Of a stretch of 64,000 nt of DNA, positions 48,240 through 58,694 are shown piece by piece (positions within the stretch are counted from its first letter, which is position 1; every line of letters begins with the position of its first letter). A program made the position numbers and the translations under genes. The notes beneath the pieces are model-generated. The model worked only from the letters and a program-made list of their open reading frames with translations, searched no databases and was not told where the DNA came from. Origin of the DNA: Candidatus Oxydemutator sp. (GTDB lineage Bacteria; Pseudomonadota; Gammaproteobacteria; Poriferisulfidales; Oxydemutatoraceae); contig OZ241883.1 of the NCBI GenBank assembly GCA_965203445.1, forward strand, positions 128,001-192,000. Reading direction: 5' to 3'.

Positions 48240-49883
48240 GTGACACAAAGCGCCGGCGCGAGAAAAACCCGCGTCGTGATCGTCGGCGGCGGCTTCGCCG
48301 GCGTGTTCACCGCGAAATACCTGCGCCGCTACGCCGCGGGCGCCGACGTCGAGCTGATCAACGGCAACAACTATTTCGTGTTCCAACCACTGTTGCCGGA
48401 AGTCGTCGCCGGCACGATCGGCATTGCCGACGCGGTGTCGCCGCTGCGCCTGCTGTTGCCGAAAACCCGCTTTCGCATGGCCGACGTTGCGTCGTTGGAC
48501 CTGAAGAAACAGATGGTGCGCGTGCTGCAGGGCATCAAAACCCGCTACATCCGCGTACCCTACGACCACCTTGTCATCGCCTGCGGGCTTGCGCCCGGCC
48601 TGGAGTCGCTGCCCGGCTTCGCCGAGCACGGTTTGGCGCTGAAGAACGTCGCCGACACCTACGCGCTGCGCAACCACCTCATCCAGTGCCTGGAACACGC
48701 CGACGTAACCAACGACCCGGAACTGAAGAAGAGACTGTTGACCTTTGTCGTCGCCGGCGGCGGTTTCTCCGGCGTCGAGACCGTCGGCGAAATCCACGAG
48801 ATGCTGCGCCGCACGGTGCGTTACTACCCGTACGTGTCGCCCGCCGAAATCCGGCTGGTCATCGCGCACGGCGGCGCGCGGCTGCTGCCGGAGTTATCGC
48901 CGGCGTCGAGCCGCTACATACGCCGGCTGTTCGAGAAACGCGGCATCGAGGTTCTGCTCGACCGCCGCCTGGCCAGCGCCACCGGCACTTCGGTGCGTTT
49001 CGAGGACGGTGGCGAAATCGAGACGATGACGCTGATCACGACGGTCGGCATGACGACGGCGCGGGTGATCGCGTCGTCGCCGCTGCGCCTGAGGCGCGGG
49101 CGCGTCGTCACCAACCGCCTGCTCCAGGCCGACGGCTACGACAACGTCTGGGCAATCGGCGACGCCGCCTGCATCCCGCTCGACGACGACGGCGGGGAAT
49201 ACGCGCCGCCGACCGCGCAATTTGCGGTGCGCGAGGCGAGGCAACTCGCAAAAAACGTCGCGGCGTCCATCGCCGGGCGCGCACCGGCGCCGTTCTCGTA
49301 CACAAGCAGGGGCGCGCTCGCGTCGCTCGGCAACCACCGAGGCATCGCCGAAGTCTTTGGCGTGCGCCTGTCCGGTATCTCCGCGTGGCTGTTGTGGCGC
49401 AGCCTGTACCTGTCCATGCTGCCGGGCGCCGCTACGCGGCTGCGGGTTGCGATCGACTGGCTGTTCGATCTGTTCCTGCCGCGCAGCATCGTCCAGATCG
49501 AGCAAAAAACGGGGCACGCCTGCCGCATGCTGCGCTTCCGGAAAGGCGACCTCGTCTCGCAACCGGGGCAAGTGACGCGGGGGCTGTACACGGTCGTGTC
49601 GGGGGCGCTCGAGGAATATTCTCGGGATCCGCGGACTGGCGAGGAACTGGTGCGGGTGCTCGGCGCCGGCACGCACTGGGGCGAACGCACCGCCAGCGAC
49701 GAGACGCCGACGGTCGGCACGTTGCGCGCGATCAAAGACAGCGTCGTGCTGGTGCTCGACAAACGGGACTTCAGACGGCTGCGCCGCTCGTTCAACGTGC
49801 TGAACGAATACTTCGAGCAGCTGCCCGAATCGCTCTACCCGAGGGAGCAGCAACACCGCGTGCCGCACTCCGACGACGAATGA
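48240..49883 (+). CDS. type II NADH dehydrogenase-like FAD oxidoreductase with C-terminal cNMP-binding-like domain
   Basis: VVIVGGGFAG, VVAGGGFSGVE, WAIGDAA, PPTAQFA; C-terminal FRKGDLV..QPGQ..GLYTVVSG..HWGE. Confidence 0.85.
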   Translation: MTQSAGARKTRVVIVGGGFAGVFTAKYLRRYAAGADVELINGNNYFVFQPLLPEVVAGTIGIADAVSPLRLLLPKTRFRMADVASLDLKKQMVRVLQGIKTRYIRVPYDHLVIACGLAPGLESLPGFAEHGLALKNVADTYALRNHLIQCLEHADVTNDPELKKRLLTFVVAGGGFSGVETVGEIHEMLRRTVRYYPYVSPAEIRLVIAHGGARLLPELSPASSRYIRRLFEKRGIEVLLDRRLASATGTSVRFEDGGEIETMTLITTVGMTTARVIASSPLRLRRGRVVTNRLLQADGYDNVWAIGDAACIPLDDDGGEYAPPTAQFAVREARQLAKNVAASIAGRAPAPFSYTSRGALASLGNHRGIAEVFGVRLSGISAWLLWRSLYLSMLPGAATRLRVAIDWLFDLFLPRSIVQIEQKTGHACRMLRFRKGDLVSQPGQVTRGLYTVVSGALEEYSRDPRTGEELVRVLGAGTHWGERTASDETPTVGTLRAIKDSVVLVLDKRDFRRLRRSFNVLNEYFEQLPESLYPREQQHRVPHSDDE

Positions 49884-49896
49884 GGGACGCGCCCGA

Positions 49897-50409
49897 CTAC
49901 CCCGGCGCGCGGTATTTCCGCCGCGCCTGCAACAACAGATCGCACGCCTCGCGCACCGCGCCACAACCGCCCGCGCGCGACGCGACCCAATCGGCGCACG
50001 GCAGCACCTCGCGGTGGGCGTCGGCGGGCGCCAGCGCAAGCCCGGCGCACCGCATCGCCGGCAAATCCACCAGGTCGTCGCCCATGTAGGCGGCCCGCGG
50101 CGCGTCGAGACTGAGACGCACCAGCAACGCGGCAAGCACCGCGGCCTTGTCGCGGCAGCCTTGGTACACGTGCGCGACGCCGAGCTCGCCCATTCTCGCG
50201 GAGACAACGGCCGACTCGCGCGCGCTGGCGACGGCGACCTCGACACCGTGGTGCAGCAACAGACGAACGCCGTGCCCGTCCTTGACGTCGAAGCGCTTGA
50301 TCTCGCCGCCGTTTGCGCCGAAATACAACTTGCCGTCGGTGAGCACGCCGTCCACGTCGAACACCATCAGGTGCACGTTCGCGGCCTTGCGCAGGATGCC
50401 CTCGTCCAT
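49897..50409 (-). CDS. kdsC: KDO 8-phosphate phosphatase (HAD)
   Basis: FDVDGVLTDG, FDVKDGHG, YMGDDLVD and GGCGAVRE motifs. Confidence 0.93.
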   Translation of the reverse strand: MDEGILRKAANVHLMVFDVDGVLTDGKLYFGANGGEIKRFDVKDGHGVRLLLHHGVEVAVASARESAVVSARMGELGVAHVYQGCRDKAAVLAALLVRLSLDAPRAAYMGDDLVDLPAMRCAGLALAPADAHREVLPCADWVASRAGGCGAVREACDLLLQARRKYRAPG

Positions 50410-50498
50410 CGAAAAAGAACCGACGGCGAAACGCGCGGCCAACGGTGATAAAATCGCCCCGTATCGCCGGCCCGCCTCGGCGCGCACATACTACAACA

Positions 50499-51824
50499 AT
50501 GCTGGCAACCGCTCCACTGCTGAAGACCTCCCGGCGCCTGGCGCTGACGCCCGGCGTACAACAAGCGCTGCGGCTGCTGCGGCTGTCCGCGGCCGAGTTG
50601 CGCGAAGAGGTGCAAAGCGCGTACGAGGCCAATCCGCTGCTCGAGGCGGAACACACCGACCCGGGCGAAACGCGCGTGTTTTCCGGCGCCGCCCCACAAG
50701 ACGCACCTGCGCTCGAGCAGCTCGCAAGTGAAAACCTGAGCCTGTCGCAACACCTGCTGCGCCAAACCGCCATGCTCGGCCTGGACGAACGCCGCCAAGC
50801 CGCGGTCGAGACCATTGTCGGGGCGCTGGACGACGACGGTTATCTGCGCGAGCCGCTCGAAACGCTGCAAGATCACCTGCGCGCGCCGCCGCCTTCGGCC
50901 GCGGAGCTTGAGCAGCTGCTGCGGCTGGTGCAAAAACTCGACCCGGTCGGCTGCGGCGCGCGCTCGCTCTCCGAATGTCTGGCGGCGCAACTCGGGCAGC
51001 GCCCCGCAAACCGCGCGCACGCCGCACTGGCGAGGAGCATCGTCGAAAAGCATCTCACGGCGCTGGCGGCGCACGACTACCGCAAGATAAGGCGCGCGTG
51101 CGGGTGCGGACAGACCGAGCTGGAGGCGGCGGTGACACTGATCCGCGCGCTCAACCCCAGGCCCGGCTCGCAAATCGGCGACGACCACTCGATCTACGTG
51201 ATTCCCGACCTGATCGCGACCCGCGACGACGGACGCGGCTGGAGGCTGCGGCTGAACCCGCGCCTGCTGCCGCGCCTCTCGATCAACAAGAATTACCGGC
51301 GATTGCTGACACAAAGCGCCGCCGCCGGCGACCGCGACTACTTGAAAAAGTGCCTGGCGCAGGCACATCAGCTGATCTACGGCGTCAACGGCCGCAACCG
51401 GACGCTGCTCAGGGTCGGACGCGCGATCCTCGAGCGGCAACGCGGTTTCATCGAACACCGCGAGCTTGGCCTCAGGCCGCTGACGGCGCGGCACGTCGCG
51501 CAGCGCTTGTCGCTGCACGAGTCCACCGTGTGTCGCGCGACCAAGGAAAAATACATGATGACACCCGCCGGATTGTACGAGTTGCGGTATTTCTTCTCGA
51601 CCGGCCTCGGCGGCGAAAACGGCCACTCGGCGGCGGCGACCAAGGCGAGGATACGCGAACTGCTGGCGCACGAAGACCGCGCCGCGCCGCTCAGCGACCG
51701 CCGGATCGCCGAACGCCTCAACGCCGGCGGCGTCCGCATCGCGCGCCGCACGGTCGCCAAATACCGCGAAAACATGCGCATTCCGACGGCCTCGGTGCGA
51801 CGCGCGATGCGATTCGCAATATAA
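50499..51824 (+). CDS. rpoN: RNA polymerase sigma-54 factor
   Basis: LTPGVQQALRLL region I, LHESTVCR HTH, RpoN box ARRTVAKYRE. Confidence 0.96.
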   Translation: MLATAPLLKTSRRLALTPGVQQALRLLRLSAAELREEVQSAYEANPLLEAEHTDPGETRVFSGAAPQDAPALEQLASENLSLSQHLLRQTAMLGLDERRQAAVETIVGALDDDGYLREPLETLQDHLRAPPPSAAELEQLLRLVQKLDPVGCGARSLSECLAAQLGQRPANRAHAALARSIVEKHLTALAAHDYRKIRRACGCGQTELEAAVTLIRALNPRPGSQIGDDHSIYVIPDLIATRDDGRGWRLRLNPRLLPRLSINKNYRRLLTQSAAAGDRDYLKKCLAQAHQLIYGVNGRNRTLLRVGRAILERQRGFIEHRELGLRPLTARHVAQRLSLHESTVCRATKEKYMMTPAGLYELRYFFSTGLGGENGHSAAATKARIRELLAHEDRAAPLSDRRIAERLNAGGVRIARRTVAKYRENMRIPTASVRRAMRFAI

Positions 51825-51859
51825 TCGCCGTTTGTCACCGGAAAAACCAGGAGCAGTCC

Positions 51860-52183
51860 ATGCAAGTACAGATCTCAGCGCAGCATTTCGACATGACCGA
51901 AGCCATCGAGCGGCACGTGCACGACAAGCTGGCACGCCTGAAAAAACATTTTGACCACGTCGTCAACGCCCACGTCGTCCTCAAGGTGCAAAAGAGCGGG
52001 CACGTCGCCGAGGCGACGATACACGTCAGGCACCACGACTTCTTCGCTGACGCCCGCGCCGAAAACCTGTACACCGCGATAGACACGCTGGTGCACAGGC
52101 TAGACCGCCAGATCCTGAAGTACAAGGAAAAGGTCAGGGATCACCACAACCAGGAGAGCCAGCACCACCTGCCGCCCAGGTAA
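51860..52183 (+). CDS. hpf: ribosome hibernation promoting factor
   Basis: MQVQISAQHFDMTEAI and NLYTAID motifs; follows rpoN. Confidence 0.93.
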   Translation: MQVQISAQHFDMTEAIERHVHDKLARLKKHFDHVVNAHVVLKVQKSGHVAEATIHVRHHDFFADARAENLYTAIDTLVHRLDRQILKYKEKVRDHHNQESQHHLPPR

Positions 52184-52190
52184 CGCCGCG

Positions 52191-52652
52191 ATGCACTTCA
52201 GCAGCTACCTGAACACTGACCACATCAGGCTACTTTCCTCGATCAGCAGCAAGAAAAAGACTCTCGAGCTGCTGGCCGAGCTGCTGGCGTCGCAAAACGG
52301 CGCGCTCGACGCGCACCGGATTTTCAACCAGCTGGTCGAGCGCGAGCAGATGGGCAGCACCGCGATCGGCCACGGCGCGGCGATTCCGCACTGCCGCCTG
52401 GCCGGCCTCGACGCGCCGCTGGCGGCGCTGCTGCGGGTGGACGCCGGCGTCAACTACGACGCCGACGACGGCCTGCCGGTGCGCCTGTTGTTCGCGCTGC
52501 TGGTGCCGGAAAACGCGACCAAACAGCACCTCGAGCTGCTGGCCGGGCTGGCGACGCTATTGAACGAACCGGTGTTCGTGCGGCGCCTGCTCGAGGCGGA
52601 CGGCGAACAACAGGTGCTCGACCTGCTCAAACGGGAGGCGCAACCGCAATGA
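52191..52652 (+). CDS. ptsN: PTS IIA(Ntr)-like protein
   Basis: SKKKTLE and REQMGSTAIGHGAAIPHCR motifs. Confidence 0.93.
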   Translation: MHFSSYLNTDHIRLLSSISSKKKTLELLAELLASQNGALDAHRIFNQLVEREQMGSTAIGHGAAIPHCRLAGLDAPLAALLRVDAGVNYDADDGLPVRLLFALLVPENATKQHLELLAGLATLLNEPVFVRRLLEADGEQQVLDLLKREAQPQ

Positions 52653-53581
52653 GCGACTCGCTGACCGTCGCCGAACTCCACGACAATCTCCGCGACCAGT
52701 TGAAACTGGAGTGGATCGCCGGCAGGAACGCCGACGACAGAAAATTCATCAAACTGCAGGAAGGCTCGCCGATCGGGATGGCCGGATATTTCAACCCGAT
52801 CCATTCGAGCCAGGCGCACGTGATGGACGAGGCGGAGATGAACCACCTGCGACGGCTGGAGCCGGACAGGCGCGAGATTGCGTTCGAGAGGCTGTTCGGC
52901 AAGGCGTGCCTTGCGGTCATCATCACCGGCGGGCAGGCGCCGACGCCGGAAATGCGCGCGCGCGCCGACGCCAGCCACGTCGGCCTGTTCACTTCGAGCG
53001 TGTCGGGGGAACACGCGGTCAACGATCTGCGCTATTTCCTGGCGCGCTCGCTCGCCGAGAAAGTCACGATGCACGGCGTGCTGATGGAGATCACCAGCGT
53101 CGGCGTGCTGCTGACCGGGGAAAGCGGCGTCGGCAAGAGCGAACTGGCGCTCGAACTGATCACGCGCGGACACCGCCTGATCGCCGACGACGCGCCGGTG
53201 TTCACGCGCATCGCACCGGACATCGTCGAGGGCCGCTCGCCACCGGTGATCCAGGACCTGCTCGAGGTGCGCGGCCTCGGCATACTCAACATCCGCAAGA
53301 TGTACGGCAACAGCGCGATCAAGAAGAGCAAATACCTGAAACTGATCATCCACTTCGAGAGCGCGCGTTCCGGCGGCGGCGACCGCATCACCGGCATTCG
53401 CGCGGGCCGGGACGTGCTCGGGCTGCCGATGCCGGTGTTCAAACTGCCGGTGGCGCCGGGACGCAACCTCGCGGTCATGGTCGAGGCCGCGGTGCGCAAC
53501 CACCTGCTGCAAGTCGAGGGCGACTTCACCGAAAAAGAAATCAGCGAACGCCAGAAAGCCGCGATGGCCGCGGGTGCATGA
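52649..53581 (+). CDS. hprK: HPr kinase/phosphorylase
   Basis: HGVLM, GESGVGKSELALEL, LIADD and LEVRGLGI motifs. Confidence 0.96.
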   Translation: MSDSLTVAELHDNLRDQLKLEWIAGRNADDRKFIKLQEGSPIGMAGYFNPIHSSQAHVMDEAEMNHLRRLEPDRREIAFERLFGKACLAVIITGGQAPTPEMRARADASHVGLFTSSVSGEHAVNDLRYFLARSLAEKVTMHGVLMEITSVGVLLTGESGVGKSELALELITRGHRLIADDAPVFTRIAPDIVEGRSPPVIQDLLEVRGLGILNIRKMYGNSAIKKSKYLKLIIHFESARSGGGDRITGIRAGRDVLGLPMPVFKLPVAPGRNLAVMVEAAVRNHLLQVEGDFTEKEISERQKAAMAAGA

Positions 53582-54483
53582 GGATCGTCATCATCAGCGG
53601 CCTGTCCGGCGCCGGCAAATCGGTGGCGATGCACACGCTCGAGGATCACCAGTTCTACTGCATAGACAACCTGCCGCTCGATCTTTTCGGCGGCTTCATC
53701 AGCGGCATCGTCGGCGGCAAAACCTCGCTCGGCGACAACGTCGCAGTCAGCGTGGACGCGCGCAGCCTGCACGCGCCCGGCGCCGACTTCAAGGAGGCGC
53801 TCGAGTGCCTGAAGGAGGCCGGCATAGAGACCGACGTGCTGTTCATAGACGCCGACAAGGAGACCCTGTTGCGGCGCTACAACGAGACGCGCCGCCCGCA
53901 CCCGATGGCGGTGTATCAGCCGCACAAGAGCCTCGAGGAACACGTCGACAACGAAAAGGAGCTGCTAGGCGACGTCCTGATGAGCGCGACGATAAAAATA
54001 AGCACCGCCGACCTCAACCAGAATCAACTGAGGGACCTCGTGGCGCGGGAGTTGTGCCGAGACAAAACGGCGCTGTCGGTACTGCTGCAATCGTTCGGCT
54101 ACAAGAACGGGGTGCCGTCGAACTCAGATTACGTGTTCGACGTGCGCTGCCTGCCCAACCCGTACTGGCAGCCCGAACTGCGCAACTACACCGGCAACGA
54201 CGAACAGGTGGCGCGGTTTCTCGACGGCGACCGACACTGTAGCGAGCTGCTGGAGGACGTGTACCGTTTTCTGCACAAGTGGCTTCCGCAATTCAGCCTC
54301 GACGCGCGCAGCTACGTGACGGTCTCGGTCGGCTGCACCGGCGGGCGCCATCGCTCGGTGTACGTGGTCGAAAAACTCTACCGGCGGCTGCGCCGAGAAA
54401 TACCCGAAACGCAATGCATCACCGCCAGACGGCACCGCGATCTCGCCGACGCCCACGCCGCTGGCGGCACCGGGACGCAGTGA
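53578..54483 (+). CDS. rapZ: RNase adapter RapZ
   Basis: SGLSGAGKS, SFGYKNG, FDVRCLPNPYW and GCTGGRHRSV motifs. Confidence 0.96.
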   Translation: MRIVIISGLSGAGKSVAMHTLEDHQFYCIDNLPLDLFGGFISGIVGGKTSLGDNVAVSVDARSLHAPGADFKEALECLKEAGIETDVLFIDADKETLLRRYNETRRPHPMAVYQPHKSLEEHVDNEKELLGDVLMSATIKISTADLNQNQLRDLVARELCRDKTALSVLLQSFGYKNGVPSNSDYVFDVRCLPNPYWQPELRNYTGNDEQVARFLDGDRHCSELLEDVYRFLHKWLPQFSLDARSYVTVSVGCTGGRHRSVYVVEKLYRRLRREIPETQCITARRHRDLADAHAAGGTGTQ

Positions 54484-54490
54484 ACTCCCC

Positions 54491-54892
54491 ATGCCCACGC
54501 CGATACTGCTGATCACACACGACGGCATCGGCGAGCAGCTGCTCGAGACGGCGGCGGCGATCCAGCCGCTGGCGACCGAGGCGCGCGTGCTGCCGGTGCC
54601 GTTTTCGTGCGATCCGGAACGAGCCGTCGAGAAGGCGCGACGCCTGTGCGACGAGATGGACCGCGGCGCGGGCGTCCTGATTCTGACCGATCTCTACGGC
54701 GCCACGCCGTGCAACGTCGCCACCCGCCTGTGCGCCCCGGACAAAAGGCGCGTCGTCAGCGGCGTCAATCTGCCGATGCTGCTGCGCTCGCTCAACTATT
54801 GCGAGCTCGGCGTCGAGGAACTGGCGGCCAAGGCCGCCGAAGGCGGGCGCGACGGCGTCGTCGCCCTCGCCCACCGGGGGCCGCCGGCGTGA
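54491..54892 (+). CDS. PTS mannose/fructose-type IIA component
   Basis: LLITHDG, LTDLYGATPCN and SGVNLPML motifs. Confidence 0.92.
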   Translation: MPTPILLITHDGIGEQLLETAAAIQPLATEARVLPVPFSCDPERAVEKARRLCDEMDRGAGVLILTDLYGATPCNVATRLCAPDKRRVVSGVNLPMLLRSLNYCELGVEELAAKAAEGGRDGVVALAHRGPPA

Positions 54893-55158
54893 TCGAGAAA
54901 CGAGTCACCATCGTCAACAAGCTCGGGCTGCACGCGCGCGCGGCCTCCAAACTGGTGACGCTGGCGTCGAACTTCGCAAGCGACGTGCAACTATCGAAGA
55001 GCGGACAGACCATAAACGGCAAAAGCATCATGGGCGTGATGATGCTGGCCGCGTCCCAGGGCACGACGCTGGAAATGACCGTCAGCGGCGAGGACGAGCA
55101 GGAGGCCGCGGCGCGGCTCGAGCGCCTGATCCGGGAACGTTTCGGGGAAGACGAGTAA
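54889..55158 (+). CDS. ptsH: phosphocarrier protein HPr/NPr
   Basis: NKLGLHARAA and GKSIMGVMMLAA motifs. Confidence 0.92.
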   Translation: MIEKRVTIVNKLGLHARAASKLVTLASNFASDVQLSKSGQTINGKSIMGVMMLAASQGTTLEMTVSGEDEQEAAARLERLIRERFGEDE

Positions 55159-56882
55159 TGACTCTGCTGCTTACCGGCGTCGGCGTATCGCGCGGCATCG
55201 GCATCGGCCCGGTGCACGTGCTCGAGCGCGGCAGGCCTGAAAGCATCCGTTACGCGATCGCCGACGACCGCCTCGGGGAAGAAGTCGCACGTTTCAGAAA
55301 AGCGCACCGCCGCGCGTTGAAACATTTGAAACACATCCGCAGCGCGATCCCCGACGACGCGCCGCGCGACATCGCGGCCTTCATAGACTCGCACCTGCTG
55401 ATGATAGACGACGCGCTGCTGAAAACAACGCCGGCGGAAATCATCAGGCGCCAGAAATGCAACGCCGAGTGGGCCCTGCAAACGCAGGAAAACGAACTGG
55501 TGCGCGTGTTCGACGAGATGCAGGACGGCTACCTGAAGACCCGGCGCGACGACGTCGAACACATCATCCGCCTGATACGGGGTTTCCTCGACGACGAACA
55601 CTACGCGCTGAAGGATCCGCACAAGAACCTGAAGGGACACGTCATCGCCGCCGACGACCTGACGCCGGCGGACACTATCATGCTCGAGCACCGACACATC
55701 GCCGGCTTCATCACCGAGTGCGGCGGGCCGACGTCGCACACCGCGATTCTGTCGCGCAGTTTCGGCATCCCGTCCATCGTCGCGGTCGCGGGCGCGCGCG
55801 CGCACCTGGTCGAGGGCGAGCGCGTCGTCATAGACGGCACCAGGGGGCTGCTGGTGATCGGCGCGGACAACAAAACCCTGCGCGAATACCGGCGCCGTAT
55901 AAAACTCGAAAAAGAGCACCAGAAAAAGCTCGAGACCATCAAGGACAAGCCGACGCGCACGCGCGACGGCACCCGCGTCGCGCTGATGGCGAACATCGAG
56001 CTGAACGAGGACATCCGCGCGCTCAGGCGCCACGGTGCCGACGGCGTCGGGCTGTACCGCACCGAGTTCCTCTACATAGATCGCCACCGCGCCGCCGACG
56101 AGGACGAGCAACTCGCCGCCTACCGCAGGATATTGCGCGCCGCAAACGGCAACCCGGTAACAATCCGCACGCTCGACCTCGGCGCCGAGAAGGAATTTGA
56201 CCCCAACTATTCCGGGCCGCTCGCGCCCAACCCGGCGCTCGGCCTGCGCGCCATCCGGCGCTCGTTGAAAAACCCGGAGCTGTTCCTACGGCAGCTGCGG
56301 GCCATCCTGCGCGCCTCGGCCCACGGAGAGTTGCGCATCCTGATACCGATGCTGACCAGCAGCCACGAGGTGTGCCAGATCATGGAGCTGTACCGGCTCG
56401 CGCAAAAGCAGCTGGCGACGGCCGGGAAACGCTTCGACGAAGGCATCGCGATCGGCGGCATGATAGAGGTGCCGGCGGCGGCGGTGGCGGCGGAGACGCT
56501 CGGCCGCGACCTCGACTTCCTGTCCATCGGCACCAACGACCTGATCCAATACGCCCTCGCGATAGACCGCATAGACGAGGAGGTCAGCTATCTCTACGAC
56601 CCGCTGCACCCGGGCGTGCTGCGATTGATAGACGCGGTCATCCGCGCCGGTCGGCGCCTGAAAATTCCGGTCGCAATGTGCGGGGAAATGGCCGGCGACC
56701 GGCGCTTCACCCGGCTGCTGCTGGCGATGGGCCTGCGGGAATTCAGCGTCCAGCCGAACGACCTGCTGGAGATCAAAAGCATCATCCTCGACAGCGACGT
56801 CCCGGCGCTGCAACGCAAATACCGCCGCGTCCTGGCGTCGCGCAAACCGGAGCGGGTGGCCGAAATGATGGACGACTGCTGA
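55158..56882 (+). CDS. ptsI: PEP--protein phosphotransferase (enzyme I)
   Basis: GGPTSHTAI, GVGLYRTEFL, SIGTNDLIQY and MCGEMAGD motifs. Confidence 0.95.
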   Translation: MTLLLTGVGVSRGIGIGPVHVLERGRPESIRYAIADDRLGEEVARFRKAHRRALKHLKHIRSAIPDDAPRDIAAFIDSHLLMIDDALLKTTPAEIIRRQKCNAEWALQTQENELVRVFDEMQDGYLKTRRDDVEHIIRLIRGFLDDEHYALKDPHKNLKGHVIAADDLTPADTIMLEHRHIAGFITECGGPTSHTAILSRSFGIPSIVAVAGARAHLVEGERVVIDGTRGLLVIGADNKTLREYRRRIKLEKEHQKKLETIKDKPTRTRDGTRVALMANIELNEDIRALRRHGADGVGLYRTEFLYIDRHRAADEDEQLAAYRRILRAANGNPVTIRTLDLGAEKEFDPNYSGPLAPNPALGLRAIRRSLKNPELFLRQLRAILRASAHGELRILIPMLTSSHEVCQIMELYRLAQKQLATAGKRFDEGIAIGGMIEVPAAAVAAETLGRDLDFLSIGTNDLIQYALAIDRIDEEVSYLYDPLHPGVLRLIDAVIRAGRRLKIPVAMCGEMAGDRRFTRLLLAMGLREFSVQPNDLLEIKSIILDSDVPALQRKYRRVLASRKPERVAEMMDDC

Positions 56883-56883
56883 C

Positions 56884-57756
56884 GTGGAAACCATCACCTA
56901 CCTGGTCGCCAATTACAACAACGCCCGCTACGTCGAGGACTGCCTGGTGTCGCTGAAAAACCAGAGCTGCGACCGCTGGCGGTGCATCGTCTGCGACGAC
57001 CACAGCACCGACGACTCGGTCGCGATCATCAAAAGACACCCGGACTCCAGGATTCGTTTGCTGGAGAACTCGAGAAACGTCGGCTATATCAAGACCCTGA
57101 AAAGGATGATCGCGGCCGCGCCGAGCGATATCGTCGGCATTCTGGACTCCGACGACGCCTTGGGAAAAGACGCCACCGCGTGCGTGCTGCAAGCATACGC
57201 CGACGACAAAAACGCAGGCTTTGTGTTCACGAGATATACGACCATGGATGAAAATCTATCACGTCAAATCAGAGGTCCTATCACCCCCAGCATTGAAGGC
57301 GGCAAATATTCGGCGCTGCTGGACACCAGCGGCGTCGGCCAACTGAGAAGCTTCAGAAAATCGCTTTATTACCGCACGCAGGGACTCGATGAGAGCATGC
57401 TCTACGCGGAGGACAGAGACTTGATCTACAAGATGGAAGAAGTAACCCCCCTGGTTTTCGTCGACGAAGTCCTGTACAAATACCGCCTAGTCGGAAATTC
57501 GCAATCTCACGACCCGGTAAAGGTCGTAATCGGCGCGCGCAACCACCTTAGGGCGCGAAAAAACGCACTGCGCAGAAGGAACGTCACAGGTCCGTATTAT
57601 GCCCTTCACTTCGTTTACAATACGGCCGTTCACTATCGCTATCTGTATGAGGGTTCTACCAAAATACATCTGCGGTGTCTGGTAAATATCCTCAGGAAAA
57701 TCGAGTACGTGTTTCTGCGCGTCCTGCGCGCGGGATGCCGCGGATGGGGAACATAG
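56884..57756 (+). CDS. GT2 family glycosyltransferase, paralog 1
   Basis: YNNARYV, CDDHSTDDS, ILDSDD and AEDRDL motifs. Confidence 0.9.
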   Translation: METITYLVANYNNARYVEDCLVSLKNQSCDRWRCIVCDDHSTDDSVAIIKRHPDSRIRLLENSRNVGYIKTLKRMIAAAPSDIVGILDSDDALGKDATACVLQAYADDKNAGFVFTRYTTMDENLSRQIRGPITPSIEGGKYSALLDTSGVGQLRSFRKSLYYRTQGLDESMLYAEDRDLIYKMEEVTPLVFVDEVLYKYRLVGNSQSHDPVKVVIGARNHLRARKNALRRRNVTGPYYALHFVYNTAVHYRYLYEGSTKIHLRCLVNILRKIEYVFLRVLRAGCRGWGT

Positions 57757-57787
57757 CCACCCCAGAAATATCAACGGAACTACACCG

Positions 57788-58663
57788 ATGGGAACCATCA
57801 CCTACCTGGTCGCCAATTACAACAACGCCCGCTACGTCGAGGACTGCCTGGTGTCGCTGAAAAACCAGAGCTGCGACCGCTGGCGGTGCATCGTCTGCGA
57901 CGACCACAGCACCGACGACTCGGTCGCGATCATCAAAAGACACCTGGACTCCAGAATTCGTTTGCTGGAGAACTCGAAAAACGTCGGCTATATCGGGACC
58001 CTGAAAAGGATGATAGCGGCCGCGCCGAGCGATATCGTCGGCATTCTGGACTCCGACGACGCCTTGGAAAAAGACGCCACCGCGTGCGTGCTGCAAGCGT
58101 ACGCCGACGACAAAAACGCAGGCTTCGTGTTCACGAGATTCGCGTACATGGATGAAAACCTGCGATGTCAACTGCGCGTTTCCGGTGCCCCCGACTTCAC
58201 AAACGCCAGACCTTCGGCGCTGTTGGACACCGACGGCGCCAGCCACCTGAAAACCTTCAGAAAATCGCTTTATTACCGCACGCAGGGACTCGATGAGAGC
58301 ATGCTCTACGCGGAGGACAGAGACCTGGTCTACAAGCTGCAAGAAGCAACCCGCCCGGTCTTTATTGACGAAGTCCTGTACAAATACCGCGTAACCAGAA
58401 ATTCGCAATCTCACGGCGACCCGGTAAGTACCGTAATCGGCATGCGCAACCATCTTAGGGCGCGAAAAAACGTGCTGCACAGAAGGAACGCCACAGGTCT
58501 ATATTATGCCCTGCACCTTGTTCACTCCACGGTTTACTGCCATATGTACGTGTACGAGGCTTCCACCAAAATACATCTGCGGTGTCTGGCAAGTATCCTG
58601 AGGAAAATCGAGCCCAGGCTGCGGCGCACCCTTCGCGCCAGACGCGGCGAATCGGATGTATAG
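57788..58663 (+). CDS. GT2 family glycosyltransferase, paralog 2
   Basis: N-terminal half nearly identical to paralog 1. Confidence 0.9.
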   Translation: MGTITYLVANYNNARYVEDCLVSLKNQSCDRWRCIVCDDHSTDDSVAIIKRHLDSRIRLLENSKNVGYIGTLKRMIAAAPSDIVGILDSDDALEKDATACVLQAYADDKNAGFVFTRFAYMDENLRCQLRVSGAPDFTNARPSALLDTDGASHLKTFRKSLYYRTQGLDESMLYAEDRDLVYKLQEATRPVFIDEVLYKYRVTRNSQSHGDPVSTVIGMRNHLRARKNVLHRRNATGLYYALHLVHSTVYCHMYVYEASTKIHLRCLASILRKIEPRLRRTLRARRGESDV

Positions 58664-58694
58664 CCGCCCCGGGAATATCAACGGAAATACACCG

